Shown: in pieces, positions 28,610 through 38,987 of the stretch | Numbering within the stretch: the first letter of the stretch is position 1 | Layout of the letters: each line of letters begins with the position of its first letter | Assembly: GCA_963675295.2 (NCBI GenBank) | Contig: CAXXKJ010000002.1 | Coordinates: forward strand, 3,584,001 to 3,648,000 | Direction of reading: 5' to 3' | DNA length: 64,000 nt | DNA from: a bacterium | GTDB taxonomy: Bacteria; Electryoneota; Electryoneia; Electryoneales; Electryoneaceae | Translations under genes and position numbers: made by a program | The notes under the pieces: model-generated | Told to the model about the DNA's origin: nothing | Seen by the model: the letters and a program-made list of their open reading frames with translations, nothing else | The model's database searches: none

Positions 28610-31159
28610 TCAGAATGGCAGGTTGTCCTGGTGATCCTGCCTGCCGGTTTGGTCAACGCTACCGCTACGATCCGGTAGCAGGCTGATCCCCTTCCATCCA
28701 CGCGTCTTGTTACCCAGCAACTGACGCTGCTCGGGTTCACACCCCAATTCACGTAGACTGGACGCAAGCTTCCTGTCTGACAGGAAGACAGTACCATTTT
28801 TTTCGCGCCATTCACCGTAGGCTGATCGTACGTTCGACGTAGCTTCCCAGAAGTTCGGATCATTCAGATCAAGCTGACAGTAATCCGCAATGAAGTCCTT
28901 CAAGGGATTCATTTCCGCACGGTATTCTTCCGTTGCGCGCGTGACTACTGCTGGGATTTGCAACCTGTTCTGTTGCCAATCAAGGCATCCCTGCACAGCC
29001 CACGCCAGAATTGCTGATCCCGCTACATTCGGGTCCACAAGTTGTGCTTTCAACTTCGGATCACGCTTCGATTCCGGCACAACTTTATCGAACGGTACAC
29101 GCAGGATGCGTCGCCACATGGCAGCATCACTGGATTTCACGTCAGGAGCATCGTTCGCAACCAGCCATAGTTTGAACGTCGGCAAGAATTCGAACGCTTC
29201 CTTATACAGAAACCTTGCAGTCACAACTTCCCCACCAGTAATAGACTTGACCAGACCTTCTGCCAATGCCTTACCTTCATCGACTTCCCCAGAAGCAACG
29301 AAGCGTGATCCCACGAGACGTGCGATATCATTTCGTGTTCCACCGGTACTTTTGCGTTTCAGGAAGGTTTCAAAATCAGCTTTGCAGCCATAATTGCCTA
29401 ACGCGACCCGAATCGCTTCTATGAATGTGCTTTTTCCTGCTGCGGTGGGACCATGGACGAAAAACAACACTTCTTCGCTGGCATCGCCGGTGAATGAATA
29501 TCCAACTGCACGTTGCAGGAACGCCTGCAAGTCTTTGTCACCATCAGTAGCATCATCCAGAAACTGTTCCCACAGTGGTAATTTCGCTGCCAGTCCCTGC
29601 CATTCGACCGGTGCCAGCTTGGTAATCATGTTGTTGCGGTCATGGTCCAGCATATCACCAGTTCGAAGGTCGACTGTTCCGTTCTTGACGTTCAGCAACC
29701 AGTGCGACTGGTCGAAATCATCCACCGTGGACGCGATCCCTTCTTCGCTACCGGCCAGGTTGACCATCGCCTTCAATCGGAATTCGGATTCCGACTGCAG
29801 AATCCACTTCATCGCTTTTTCGCGGTCATCCGAATCTGGGATCTGTTCCGCTTCCAACAACATCTTGCGTACTGTGTGCTTCGCACGACGCATGATTTCT
29901 GCTGTGTCATCTGCCTTCCAGCGACAACCATCCCAGATAAACCACGTTCTTTGGCTGGTGCAGTAACGAATGTCGTCCCCGTGACGAGCGGCCAGACGTT
30001 CGGCATTGCCCAGGTCCGTCAACGGGTATCGTTGACGATCCAGCCATCCGGGTTCGACGATATCGCGTAGATCGTGCCACCCCTTGCCCTGGCAGCCGTT
30101 GTGATGGCAACCCGCGCCGATTGCGCCATCTTCGCGCTGAACGATGAACGCACTGCCGTTCGTGTGATCAGAATTCCACGGGCAGACGTGCATCACCCAT
30201 CGTTTACCCGTCGCCTGTCTGTTTTGTTGTGTGTCGTAGTAGCCCCACGGTTGTGGGCCGGACAACGCGAACTGGGATAGCTGACCCTGATGATTTTCAA
30301 TCCATTTCAGCAGATCGAAGTTACCGCGATACGTCTTGAACGATAGCACAGATAGGGATGCTTGCGCTGTGACCGCCGGTTCCACAGCTTTCAGCTGATC
30401 ATCCGTGACAACCTGGATTTCGTCAGGCGTTTCATCCCATAGGATGTGGCTTTGACGATGCGGACGTTCAGGGGTGTCTTCACCTTTTCTCGCCCAGGTA
30501 CCGTACAGACGCCAGATTCTGGCTGGGTTCGCCACGGACGTATCGATGACAACAGCATCCGTGTTAAACTGCCGTGCCAGGTCTTCCAGAATTAGCTTGA
30601 TTCGGATGGAATCGCTGATCGGTAGATCAACACGGTACATCAAGTGGTTACCGTTACCCGAATCCGCAAAGACTGGATCCGGCCATCCCTGATCTCGCAG
30701 GTGTTGACGGACCGTATTTGCTAGATCAAAGGCAAGTGAGTGTTCAGCTTCGGTGGATGATGTGTCCGTGTCACGCACTGGATCGAAATCTATCAGCAGC
30801 CAGTGGATTCGCTGGATATCACCGTCACCAGCCGACATTCCTTGCTCGGCAGGCTGTATCTGGTTCGGAGATCGTTCCAGTAAATCAGGTTTAACGGGAT
30901 TAGGGGTGAAATAAACACCGTAGGCGTGTTCGCCGATGCTAACAGCTTCCTTCGCCATAGCTTCAGGGTCCGTGAAAAATCCAGCGTGTGTGCGCGTTTT
31001 GCCCGTTTCAAGGTCTCGTACCCTTAGGGCGCGTAGTTCGCTGACCTGTCCCTGCTGACAGATAAGTTGGATTGATTTTTCAATATCATTCGGTGCAACA
31101 TTACAGTAAGATTGTTTTTGTATTTTATTTCCAGCATTAGTACTAAGTCTAGTTTTCAT
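28610..31159 (-). CDS. P4-family primase-helicase (AEP-like N-terminus, D5_N, SF3 helicase)
   Basis: WLLIDFD, DSGNGNHL, RIWRLYGT; TDLGNAER (D5_N); GPTAAGKST, KSITGG...ARFLY, AMWRR. Confidence 0.93.
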   Translation of the reverse strand: MKTRLSTNAGNKIQKQSYCNVAPNDIEKSIQLICQQGQVSELRALRVRDLETGKTRTHAGFFTDPEAMAKEAVSIGEHAYGVYFTPNPVKPDLLERSPNQIQPAEQGMSAGDGDIQRIHWLLIDFDPVRDTDTSSTEAEHSLAFDLANTVRQHLRDQGWPDPVFADSGNGNHLMYRVDLPISDSIRIKLILEDLARQFNTDAVVIDTSVANPARIWRLYGTWARKGEDTPERPHRQSHILWDETPDEIQVVTDDQLKAVEPAVTAQASLSVLSFKTYRGNFDLLKWIENHQGQLSQFALSGPQPWGYYDTQQNRQATGKRWVMHVCPWNSDHTNGSAFIVQREDGAIGAGCHHNGCQGKGWHDLRDIVEPGWLDRQRYPLTDLGNAERLAARHGDDIRYCTSQRTWFIWDGCRWKADDTAEIMRRAKHTVRKMLLEAEQIPDSDDREKAMKWILQSESEFRLKAMVNLAGSEEGIASTVDDFDQSHWLLNVKNGTVDLRTGDMLDHDRNNMITKLAPVEWQGLAAKLPLWEQFLDDATDGDKDLQAFLQRAVGYSFTGDASEEVLFFVHGPTAAGKSTFIEAIRVALGNYGCKADFETFLKRKSTGGTRNDIARLVGSRFVASGEVDEGKALAEGLVKSITGGEVVTARFLYKEAFEFLPTFKLWLVANDAPDVKSSDAAMWRRILRVPFDKVVPESKRDPKLKAQLVDPNVAGSAILAWAVQGCLDWQQNRLQIPAVVTRATEEYRAEMNPLKDFIADYCQLDLNDPNFWEATSNVRSAYGEWREKNGTVFLSDRKLASSLRELGCEPEQRQLLGNKTRGWKGISLLPDRSGSVDQTGRQDHQDNLPF

Positions 31160-31175
31160 AAATTATTCCTTTGGT

Positions 31176-31361
31176 TTAACCTTTAATATCCCAGCCATCA
31201 AGATATTCATCTTCATATCTTTCGTTTTGTAGTCCGTAATCCCGTTGACAGGCATCATACCAGTCTTCTTCAGTGTCATACAGATTCTGTTTCAACCATT
31301 CAGGCTTTTTCTGATTCTTGTTCTTGGGTTCATCCCTCTGCTTCGATTTTTTCCATTTCAT
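31176..31361 (-). CDS. Small hypothetical protein upstream of the primase
   Basis: 61-aa ORF in the same orientation, basic N-terminus and acidic C-terminus. Confidence 0.45.
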   Translation of the reverse strand: MKWKKSKQRDEPKNKNQKKPEWLKQNLYDTEEDWYDACQRDYGLQNERYEDEYLDGWDIKG

Positions 31362-31572
31362 AATAAATCCTTGGTTTATTTTCGTTTAAGTAGTAGATAC
31401 GCTTGATGTGATCAACTTGTCGTCGACTGATACCGTATCTGTTCTGGATGTAGCGCCGTGATAAATCCATATCCAGGGCACGGCATACATTGCTACAAAG
31501 TCTTGTGTCTTCCAGTACTTCCGCTGTCGTGGTATGTAGTCCCATTGGTTTTGTCCTTAGTTCGTTCAACAT
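31330..31572 (-). CDS. Small putative HTH DNA-binding protein
   Basis: LSRRYIQNRYGISRRQVDHIKR resembles a helix-turn-helix. Confidence 0.5.
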   Translation of the reverse strand: MLNELRTKPMGLHTTTAEVLEDTRLCSNVCRALDMDLSRRYIQNRYGISRRQVDHIKRIYYLNENKPRIYYEMEKIEAEG

Positions 31573-31584
31573 TCAGTAGTTTGC

Positions 31585-31677
31585 TTTCCAGTATCGGTGC
31601 ATGTCATCCCGACAAAAACCGCCGTAGCGGTGTCTGCCGTAGACTTTGTTCAATACTGGAAAAGATATGTAATATCT
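31585..31677 (-). ncRNA. Putative structured leader/attenuator RNA upstream of the replication operon
   Basis: 10-bp closing stem, nested hairpins with cUACGg on the minus strand, U-tract. Confidence 0.45.
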
Positions 31678-31785
31678 GATAATTGTATTATAACATATTT
31701 TGGTTTATTTGTCAATAGCTGGACAAAAATATACCGGAACGCGTGAAAGTCGAATACGACGAAATAAAGATGTTACTACCCACCA

Positions 31786-31867
31786 AATGTCGGAATGTCG
31801 GAATGTCGGAATGTCGGAATTTAGCTGTCCTGGGTCGGCGCGGGTTATAGATATCGCCCGACATTCC
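31786..31867. repeat. Iteron-like octamer array (AATGTCGG)x4 plus an inverted copy
   Basis: Tandem copies at 31786-31820; CCGACATTCC at ~31858-31867. Confidence 0.8.
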
Positions 31868-32069
31868 TACACCCCTATTCGGATGCCTTGATTTAGAAAT
31901 TCGGGAGTCGAGGTTTCGTCAACTACCAAGCGGGATACAGCAAATGATGATTCCCTAAAATACATGATCAAGCCTCTCACCAGATACCGCGTCCATGTGC
32001 GTTGCAAGGATTTCCGGCTTAGACTATATTAGAAGTATACCTCCGCTTGTAGTAAACTGACAGCCCATT

Positions 32070-32091
32070 TTCAGGTAACACTGGGGTAACA
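32070..32091 (+). promoter_or_regulatory. Putative integrase arm-type sites (right)
   Basis: TTCAGGTAACACTGGGGTAACA; GGACTTAAG follows at both element ends. Confidence 0.6.
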
Positions 32092-32204
32092 AATCAAACC
32101 GCAGGTATTCGGACTTAAGAAATTTTGGGATTTAATAACTCGCCGAAACACAGGATATATTCTGCTAAAACCCAATTTTTCAGGGTTAAGCATAATTTGT
32201 GGAT

Positions 32205-32259
32205 AGGTTTTAGGCACCTGTGCCGAAAGGTGTGGGGGTTCGAGTCCCCCCTCGCGCAC
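32205..32259 (+). repeat. attR core (duplicated 3' end of tRNA-Leu)
   Basis: Identical to 14117-14171; lacks the 5' acceptor strand and D arm. Confidence 0.95.
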
Positions 32260-32319
32260 GAGGAAGATTTACCCGGCATCTTCGGCAGCGGAAAAACCCG
32301 ATCGACGAGGAGTGTGACC

Positions 32320-32712
32320 GTGGCAGAACAGGATTACCGTGCAGCAACCAGCCTGATCGTGGTAGCCAATGAGTTCCCGGATCAGGATTTCCGCGAGAAG
32401 CGGGAACAGGCGCATGAGGGCGTGTACTTCAAGGAAATCTACATGCGCTGGCGTGACCTGTTTGTGCTGCTGCCGTCCGCGAAGGATGTGAAGTGGAACG
32501 AGAAGATCGACTTTGAGGACGCGGACCTGTTTTACAACACGATGCGGCTGGTGGTGGAATCGGACGCGACCCCGCCGGACCTGTACGCCGATATTCTGGC
32601 CGCCACGGACGGGTTGACAATCCGCTGGGCTGAATTCCTCGATCTGGTGCCCACCGCGGCGTCGGTTGACTGGATGGCGGAAGCAGAGCGATACGAGCAC
32701 CCCGCGAAGTAA
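32320..32712 (+). CDS. Hypothetical protein (~130 aa)
   Basis: GAGGAG RBS, GTG start, host-like codon usage. Confidence 0.65.
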   Translation: MAEQDYRAATSLIVVANEFPDQDFREKREQAHEGVYFKEIYMRWRDLFVLLPSAKDVKWNEKIDFEDADLFYNTMRLVVESDATPPDLYADILAATDGLTIRWAEFLDLVPTAASVDWMAEAERYEHPAK

Positions 32713-33011
32713 CCGCGCTCAGTATTTGGAGTTCCGGAATCAGCTCAGGAGTTGTTCCAACGATCTCACCCCTGTCCCCGACTCGGAGACGGGGGTTTGC
32801 TCTTGGCTTGCATTAACGAAATCAAAGTCTAACTTGGTTCGCGGGCGCTGTGAGCGATCATGGCGCCCGCTCCTGTTGCAGTTTGTAACAAGGGTGCACG
32901 GTTTTCTTGGCCGTGCACGTTGTGTAAAATTAAGAAGATGCATCGCGGATCACCGAAGCTGTGAGGTGTTGGACCTCGAGTGATTCGGAACCGCGTAGCC
33001 GTGGGAGAGCT

Positions 33012-34373
33012 GTGAACGTCAAGGAACCGGTACAGGAAGGTTGTGTGGTGCGGATCGGCATTGAACTGACCGCCGATGAACTGCAGCCGCATATCGATGA
33101 ATCGTTGAAAGCGTTGCGCAAGACGGCGAAGCTGCCGGGCTTCCGTCCGGGCAAGGTGCCGGACAAGATTCTCAACCAGCGTTTTGGCCGTCAGATCAAG
33201 GAAGATGCCGCGGAAGAAGCGATCAAGGCGATGCTGCCGGACGCGTTGAAGGAAACCGGCATCAACCCGCTCGCGCTCTCCCCTGTTGAGGATACGGAAT
33301 ACGGCGATGACGGCAGCTTCAGCTTCACCGCCGTGCTCGAAGTCTCACCGGAATTCGACGTCGACAAGTGGAAAGAGGCGTCGGTGGAACGGTTCGTCGT
33401 CGACATCACTGACGAAGACGTCAAGCGTCACATCGAGACGATGCAGCGCGACAAGGCCGTGGTCACCGAAGGCGACGAAAATTCGACCGCAGAAGCGGGC
33501 GACCGGTTGACCGTTGGCATGCAGGAAGTGGACAAGGGCGGTGTCGCGATTGTCGGCAACAAGCGTGAGACGTTGGTCTTCGAGCTGGGTTCGGGCTACC
33601 TCGGCAAGGACGCCGACGCGAAGCTGCCGGGGATGAAGGTCGACGAGACCCGCCGTATCGAGATCCAGGAAGACGAACCGCAGATCATCGAAACTGCCAG
33701 TGAGGGTGTCACGTTCTGGGACGTTCACCTGAAGTCGCTGGAAAAGGTAGAACTGCCGGAGCTGAACGACGATTTCGCAGCGCAGGTGGACGAGAAGTTC
33801 GAGAGCTACGCAGACTTTGAGAAAAACGTTCGCGAGCAGCTCAACACGTTTGCCCAGTACCAGGCGAACCAGCGTTCGGCAGGATTTTTGCGTGAGGCAG
33901 TCATCGGAGCGTTCGATTTTGAACTGCCGCCATCGTTGCTAAGCCAGACGTTGGAAGACATGATCCAGCGTCAGATCCAGGAATCCGGCAGTGCGTACGA
34001 CGCGGACACGTTGCGCCCGTACCTCGCTCCGTTGGCGGAGCAGGAATTGAAGTGGTTCTTCATCCGCCGCCGTTTGATCGAAGCGGAGGGCATTGAGGTC
34101 ACGGACGAAGAGATCGAGCAGCAGGTGGAGAACTACCACAAGGCTCATCCGGAAACCGATCTCGAGCAGTTGAAGCTGATGTTCAAGACCGGCGAGAAAC
34201 GCGAACAGCTCGCCGACGAGATCATCATGGGCAAGGTGATGGAAGTGCTGCGAAACGGCGTGAAGTGGGAAGACAAGCCGGTTTCGTTCATGGACATCCT
34301 GATGGATGCTCGGGCTCAGCAAGTCCAATATGGGGCCCATGAGCACGATCATGACCATGATCACGCTGATTAA
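33012..34373 (+). CDS. tig: Trigger factor
   Basis: LPGFRPGKVP ribosome-binding motif, ELPELNDDFA, upstream of clpP. Confidence 0.95.
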   Translation: MNVKEPVQEGCVVRIGIELTADELQPHIDESLKALRKTAKLPGFRPGKVPDKILNQRFGRQIKEDAAEEAIKAMLPDALKETGINPLALSPVEDTEYGDDGSFSFTAVLEVSPEFDVDKWKEASVERFVVDITDEDVKRHIETMQRDKAVVTEGDENSTAEAGDRLTVGMQEVDKGGVAIVGNKRETLVFELGSGYLGKDADAKLPGMKVDETRRIEIQEDEPQIIETASEGVTFWDVHLKSLEKVELPELNDDFAAQVDEKFESYADFEKNVREQLNTFAQYQANQRSAGFLREAVIGAFDFELPPSLLSQTLEDMIQRQIQESGSAYDADTLRPYLAPLAEQELKWFFIRRRLIEAEGIEVTDEEIEQQVENYHKAHPETDLEQLKLMFKTGEKREQLADEIIMGKVMEVLRNGVKWEDKPVSFMDILMDARAQQVQYGAHEHDHDHDHAD

Positions 34374-34431
34374 CTTAGGGTATTCGGGAAATAAATTCCT
34401 GACTGTCACCTAACGGGAGTTTGGAGATTTC

Positions 34432-35061
34432 ATGGAACAGACGGTTGGACAGTTGATTCCGATGGTGATTGAGCAGACCGGTCGTGGCGAACGTGCGTTC
34501 GACATTTACAGCCGGTTGCTCAAGGAACGGATTATCTTCCTCGGCACCCCAGTCGACTACCACATGGCAAACCTGATTATCGCGCAGCTGCTGTTCCTCG
34601 AAGCGGAGGATCCGGAGCGCGATATCAGCATTTACATCAACAGCCCCGGTGGATCCGTCAGTGACGGCCTCGCCATCTACGATACCATTCAGTACATCCG
34701 TCCGGATGTGCAGACAATCTGCATCGGTCTTGCGGCCTCGATGGGCGCATTGTTGCTCGCCTCCGGCACCAAAGGCAAGCGCAGCTCGCTGCCGAACAGC
34801 AAGATCATGATCCACCAGCCGTCCGGCGGTTTCCGCGGCACGGCGGCGGACATCGAGATTCACGCGCGGGAGATTCTCAAGGAGCGTGAACGTCTGAATC
34901 GCATCCTCGCGCAACATACTGGACAAGATATCGAGCAGATCGCGCAGGATGTCGACCGTGACAACTTCATGGATCCGGACGATGCGCTGAAGTACGGTAT
35001 CATCGATAAGATTCAGACCTCAGATCGTAGCGACAAGAAATCGGATGATGACAAGAAGTAG
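34432..35061 (+). CDS. clpP: ATP-dependent Clp protease proteolytic subunit
   Basis: [32 protein letters not shown]. Confidence 0.98.
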   Translation: MEQTVGQLIPMVIEQTGRGERAFDIYSRLLKERIIFLGTPVDYHMANLIIAQLLFLEAEDPERDISIYINSPGGSVSDGLAIYDTIQYIRPDVQTICIGLAASMGALLLASGTKGKRSSLPNSKIMIHQPSGGFRGTAADIEIHAREILKERERLNRILAQHTGQDIEQIAQDVDRDNFMDPDDALKYGIIDKIQTSDRSDKKSDDDKK

Positions 35062-35086
35062 CCACGTGAGTTCCTGGAGCTGACCG

Positions 35087-36346
35087 ATGAGTGACAACCC
35101 TCGTGATATGAACCGATCAGTCCAGCGTTGCAGTTTCTGTGGGCGTGGTTCGGATCAGACACAGGTCATGATCAGCGGCCCGAAAGGGGTGATGATTTGT
35201 GACCACTGCATCCGAGCGTCCAACCAGATCATCCGGCAGAACCAGTCGGCGAAGCAGGTGAAACCGCTTGATTCCTTCCCGGTACCGGAAGAAATCAAGC
35301 GCCGGCTGGATGAGTACGTTATTGGTCAGGAAGAAGCGAAACGCAAGATCGCGGTGGCGGTCTACAACCATTACAAGCGTGTCAACAACCGCACGCTTGA
35401 GGACGACATCGAGCTGGACAAGAGCAACATCGTCCTGCTCGGCCCCACCGGCACCGGCAAAACGCTCATCGCGCAAACGTTAGCGCGGATGCTGCAGGTG
35501 CCATTCGCGATCGCGGACGCAACCACGCTCACCGAAGCCGGTTATGTCGGTGAGGACGTGGAAAACGTACTCGTGCGCTTGTTGCAGGCGGCGGAATATG
35601 ACGTTGCCTCAGCGGAGATCGGAATCGTCTACATCGACGAGATCGACAAGATTTCGCGCAAGTCGCAGAACACGTCGATCACACGCGACGTCAGCGGCGA
35701 AGGTGTGCAGCAGGCGTTGCTGAAGATGCTGGAGGGCACGGTTGCTTCCGTGCCGCCCGAGGGTGGTCGCAAGCATCCGGAACAGAAACTCGTCAGCATC
35801 GACACCAAGAACATTCTCTTCATCTGCGGCGGTGCGTTCGAGGGATTGGACGACATCGTCAAGCGCCGTGTCAACGAACGCGCGATGGGATTTGGCGCGG
35901 ATGTTTCCAAGGTGCAGCGCACCTCGACGTTCGATTTCCTCCGTCAGACGCAGCCGAAGGACATGATTCAGTTCGGTCTGATCCCCGAGCTGGTCGGCCG
36001 GATTCCGGTGATCGCAGCGATGGACGAATTGAGCGAAGACGCGATGCTGCGCATCCTGACCGAACCACGCAATGCGGTGACCAAGCAGTTCAAACGGCTG
36101 TTTGAGATGGAAGGCGTGGAGCTCGAGTTTGACCCCGAAGCGTTGCTGGAAGTCGTGCGTCAAGCGCAGGAGCGCAAGATCGGCGCGCGTGCGTTGCGGG
36201 CGATCATGGAACAGGCGATGCTCGATCCGATGTTCACGATTCCGTCGCACAAGGAAATCAACCGCGTCCGGATCACGAAGGAAGTGGTGACCGGCGAAGC
36301 GGAACCGATCTTCGAAGAAATCAACGAAAACCGGAAAAGTGCCTGA
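35087..36346 (+). CDS. clpX: ClpX ATPase
   Basis: CSFC...CDHC zinc finger, [36 protein letters not shown] loop. Confidence 0.98.
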   Translation: MSDNPRDMNRSVQRCSFCGRGSDQTQVMISGPKGVMICDHCIRASNQIIRQNQSAKQVKPLDSFPVPEEIKRRLDEYVIGQEEAKRKIAVAVYNHYKRVNNRTLEDDIELDKSNIVLLGPTGTGKTLIAQTLARMLQVPFAIADATTLTEAGYVGEDVENVLVRLLQAAEYDVASAEIGIVYIDEIDKISRKSQNTSITRDVSGEGVQQALLKMLEGTVASVPPEGGRKHPEQKLVSIDTKNILFICGGAFEGLDDIVKRRVNERAMGFGADVSKVQRTSTFDFLRQTQPKDMIQFGLIPELVGRIPVIAAMDELSEDAMLRILTEPRNAVTKQFKRLFEMEGVELEFDPEALLEVVRQAQERKIGARALRAIMEQAMLDPMFTIPSHKEINRVRITKEVVTGEAEPIFEEINENRKSA

Positions 36347-38703
36347 TGGCAGACCCTGAAGCCGCCAACGGGGAGGATCTGCAACAGACCATACCCGACC
36401 TGCTTCCAGTTTTCCCGGTCCGTGACCAGATCATTTTCCCCCGCATGGTGTTCCCGCTGCTCGTGGGGCGTGAGGGCACGCTCCGCGCAGTCGAGGCGAG
36501 CATGATGCAGGACCGTCTCCTGCTGCTGCTGGCGCAGAAGGATTCCGGGACCGACGACATCACGTTTGACGAATTGTACCAGGTGGGTGTCGTCGCCAAG
36601 GTCGTGCAGGTGATGAAGCTGCCTAACGGCCTGGTCAAAGTGCTGGTCGAAGGTTTGTCCCGCGCGCAGGTTTTGGAGCCGGTTGACCAGGAAGGCTACC
36701 TCGGCGCCCGTCTCACTCCTGTTTTCCCCAGTGACCGTCAGGACATTCGCCTCGAAGGCGCGATGCGGCACGCGATCACGCTGTTCAAGGAATATGTCCC
36801 GCTCAACCGGTCGATTCCGGATGAGCTGCTGTATGCCATCGAAACGCTGAAAGATCCCGACCGTATCAGCGATTTCCTCGCTGCCCAGTTGACCGTCCCC
36901 TACCAGCGCAAGCAGAAGATTCTCGAAGCGATTTCGACGTACGAGCAGTTCATCGAAATTGCGAACCAGATCGCGCATGAGATCGAGGTGCTGCAGGTTG
37001 AGCGCTCGATCGAAAGCCAGGTTCGGGAACGGATCAGTGTCTCGCAACGCACCTACTTTTTGCAGGAACAGCTGCGTGCGATTAAACGCGAACTGGGTGA
37101 CGAAGCCGAGGACGAGTTTGGTGACATCCACGCCTACCAGAAGAAGCTGGAAGAGACTAAGCTCAGCGCGGAAGCAAAGGAAAAGGTCGTTGAGGAGCTA
37201 AACCGGCTGAAGGCGATGCCGATGATGTCGCCGGAAGCGACGGTTGTGCGCAACTACATCGACTGGGTGTTGTCGATCCCGTGGAACAAGAAGACGCGGG
37301 ACCGGCACGACATCACCAAGGCGCGTGAGATCCTCGACAACGACCATTACGGCCTCGAGAAGCCGAAGGATCGTATTCTCGAACACCTCGCGGTGCTGTC
37401 GCTGGTCAAGCAGATCCGTGGGCCGCTGCTCTGCCTCGTCGGGCCGCCGGGGGTTGGCAAGACCAGCCTCGGGGCGTCGATTGCGCGGGCGTTGAACCGC
37501 AAATTTGTCCGCATCAGCTTGGGCGGCGTGCGTGACGAAGCCGAGATCCGTGGCCACCGCCGCACCTACATCGGCAGCCAGCCGGGCCGCATCATCCAAT
37601 CGATGAAAAAGGCCGGCGTGACCAACCCGGTATTTTTACTCGATGAAGTCGACAAGATGAGCATGGACTTCCGTGGCGATCCCGCCTCCGCCCTGCTCGA
37701 AGTGCTCGACCCGGAACAGAACCGCACCTTCTCCGACCACTACCTCGAGGTCGATTACGATCTCAGCCAGGTGATGTTCGTCTGCACCGCGAACACGCGG
37801 GACGGCATCCCGTTGCCCTTGCAGGACCGGATGGAAATCATCGAGCTGCCGGGCTACCTGACTGAAGAGAAGATGCACATCGCGGAAGGTTTCCTCGTTC
37901 CGAAGCAGCTCAAGGAACACGGGCTCGACGCGAAGAAGGTTCGTTTCACCCGGGACGCCGTGCTGCGCATCATCGAAGAATACACCCGCGAAGCGGGCGT
38001 GCGTGAACTGGAACGCATGATCGCACGCGGGGTGCGCCGTGTCGCGCGCCGGCGTGTCGAGAACAAACGGCTGAAGAAGGACGACGTCATCGGCGCGGGC
38101 CGGTTGAAAGCGTTGCTCGGCCGGTCGACCCATTACAAGCAGGAACTGGACCTCAAGCCGATGGTCGGCGGCGCGGTGGGATTGGCGTGGACACCGGTCG
38201 GCGGAGACGTGCTCCGCATACAGGTCCGCACCATGCCCGGCGAGTTCAAGCTGACCCTGACCGGCCGTCTAGGCGACGTGATGAAGGAAAGCGCGCAGGC
38301 GTCCTTGAGCTACATCCGCAGCCTCGCGCATGAGCTCGACATCCCGCAGGAAATGATCGACAAGCGCGAGATTCACATCCACATTCCCGAGGGCGCGGTG
38401 CCGAAGGACGGCCCGTCCGCCGGTGTCACCCTGGCGACGGCGCTGCTCAGCGCGTTGACCGGCAAACAGGTGCGCGGCGACCTCGCGATGACCGGCGAAA
38501 TCGGCCTGCAGGGCGAAGTTCACCCCGTCGGCGGCATCAACGAAAAGGTGATGGCCGCGCAACGCTCCGGCGTGAAAACGATCCTCCTGCCCGAACGCAA
38601 CCGTCCCGACTGGGACGACCGTCCGCGCGGCGTCGGCCGTGGGCTCGAGGTGCATTTCGTAACGCGTGTGGATGAAGTGTGGGAACGGGCGTTGATGGCC
38701 TGA
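36346..38703 (+). CDS. lon: Lon protease
   Basis: LON N-domain, GPPGVGKTS, LLDEVDK, PKDGPSAG, GGINEK. Confidence 0.98.
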   Translation: MADPEAANGEDLQQTIPDLLPVFPVRDQIIFPRMVFPLLVGREGTLRAVEASMMQDRLLLLLAQKDSGTDDITFDELYQVGVVAKVVQVMKLPNGLVKVLVEGLSRAQVLEPVDQEGYLGARLTPVFPSDRQDIRLEGAMRHAITLFKEYVPLNRSIPDELLYAIETLKDPDRISDFLAAQLTVPYQRKQKILEAISTYEQFIEIANQIAHEIEVLQVERSIESQVRERISVSQRTYFLQEQLRAIKRELGDEAEDEFGDIHAYQKKLEETKLSAEAKEKVVEELNRLKAMPMMSPEATVVRNYIDWVLSIPWNKKTRDRHDITKAREILDNDHYGLEKPKDRILEHLAVLSLVKQIRGPLLCLVGPPGVGKTSLGASIARALNRKFVRISLGGVRDEAEIRGHRRTYIGSQPGRIIQSMKKAGVTNPVFLLDEVDKMSMDFRGDPASALLEVLDPEQNRTFSDHYLEVDYDLSQVMFVCTANTRDGIPLPLQDRMEIIELPGYLTEEKMHIAEGFLVPKQLKEHGLDAKKVRFTRDAVLRIIEEYTREAGVRELERMIARGVRRVARRRVENKRLKKDDVIGAGRLKALLGRSTHYKQELDLKPMVGGAVGLAWTPVGGDVLRIQVRTMPGEFKLTLTGRLGDVMKESAQASLSYIRSLAHELDIPQEMIDKREIHIHIPEGAVPKDGPSAGVTLATALLSALTGKQVRGDLAMTGEIGLQGEVHPVGGINEKVMAAQRSGVKTILLPERNRPDWDDRPRGVGRGLEVHFVTRVDEVWERALMA

Positions 38704-38786
38704 CTTTTTTATCGTTTGAATCTGAATACTATTGCATAGTTTCCAGCCAATGCTCATCTTACTCCTGAGCTTCTACGGACAATGAT

Positions 38787-38987
38787 ATGGGTAAATCGTA
38801 CAAAGTACGAGAAGTTCTGAAGATACTTCAGGATGATGGCTGGATAATCATTAAACAGCGGGGAAGCCATCGGCAGTTGAAGCATCCAGTAAAACCTGGT
38901 AAAGTCACCTTAGCCGGAAAGCTTGGGATTGATGTTCCACCAGGAACACTGAAGAGCATCTTGAAGCAAGCAGGTCTTGAACAATGA
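38787..38987 (+). CDS. hicA: HicA toxin
   Basis: DGW...RGSHRQLKHP...GTLKSILKQAGL. Confidence 0.92.
   Translation: MGKSYKVREVLKILQDDGWIIIKQRGSHRQLKHPVKPGKVTLAGKLGIDVPPGTLKSILKQAGLEQ

Larger units (their letters stand above)
14117..32259. mobile_element. ~18 kb integrative element (satellite/PICI- or IME-like) inserted in tRNA-Leu
   Basis: 55-bp direct repeats, integrase next to attL, P4-type primase-helicase near attR, visibly lower GC than the flanks; separates tRNA-Leu from the tig region. Confidence 0.93.

Noticed and set aside
14172-32204. Complete prophage or ICE
   Set aside because: No recognisable terminase, portal, capsid, tail, lysis, relaxase or T4SS genes
32205-32259. Second tRNA-Leu gene
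   Set aside because: Only the 3' 55 bp is present; this is the att duplication
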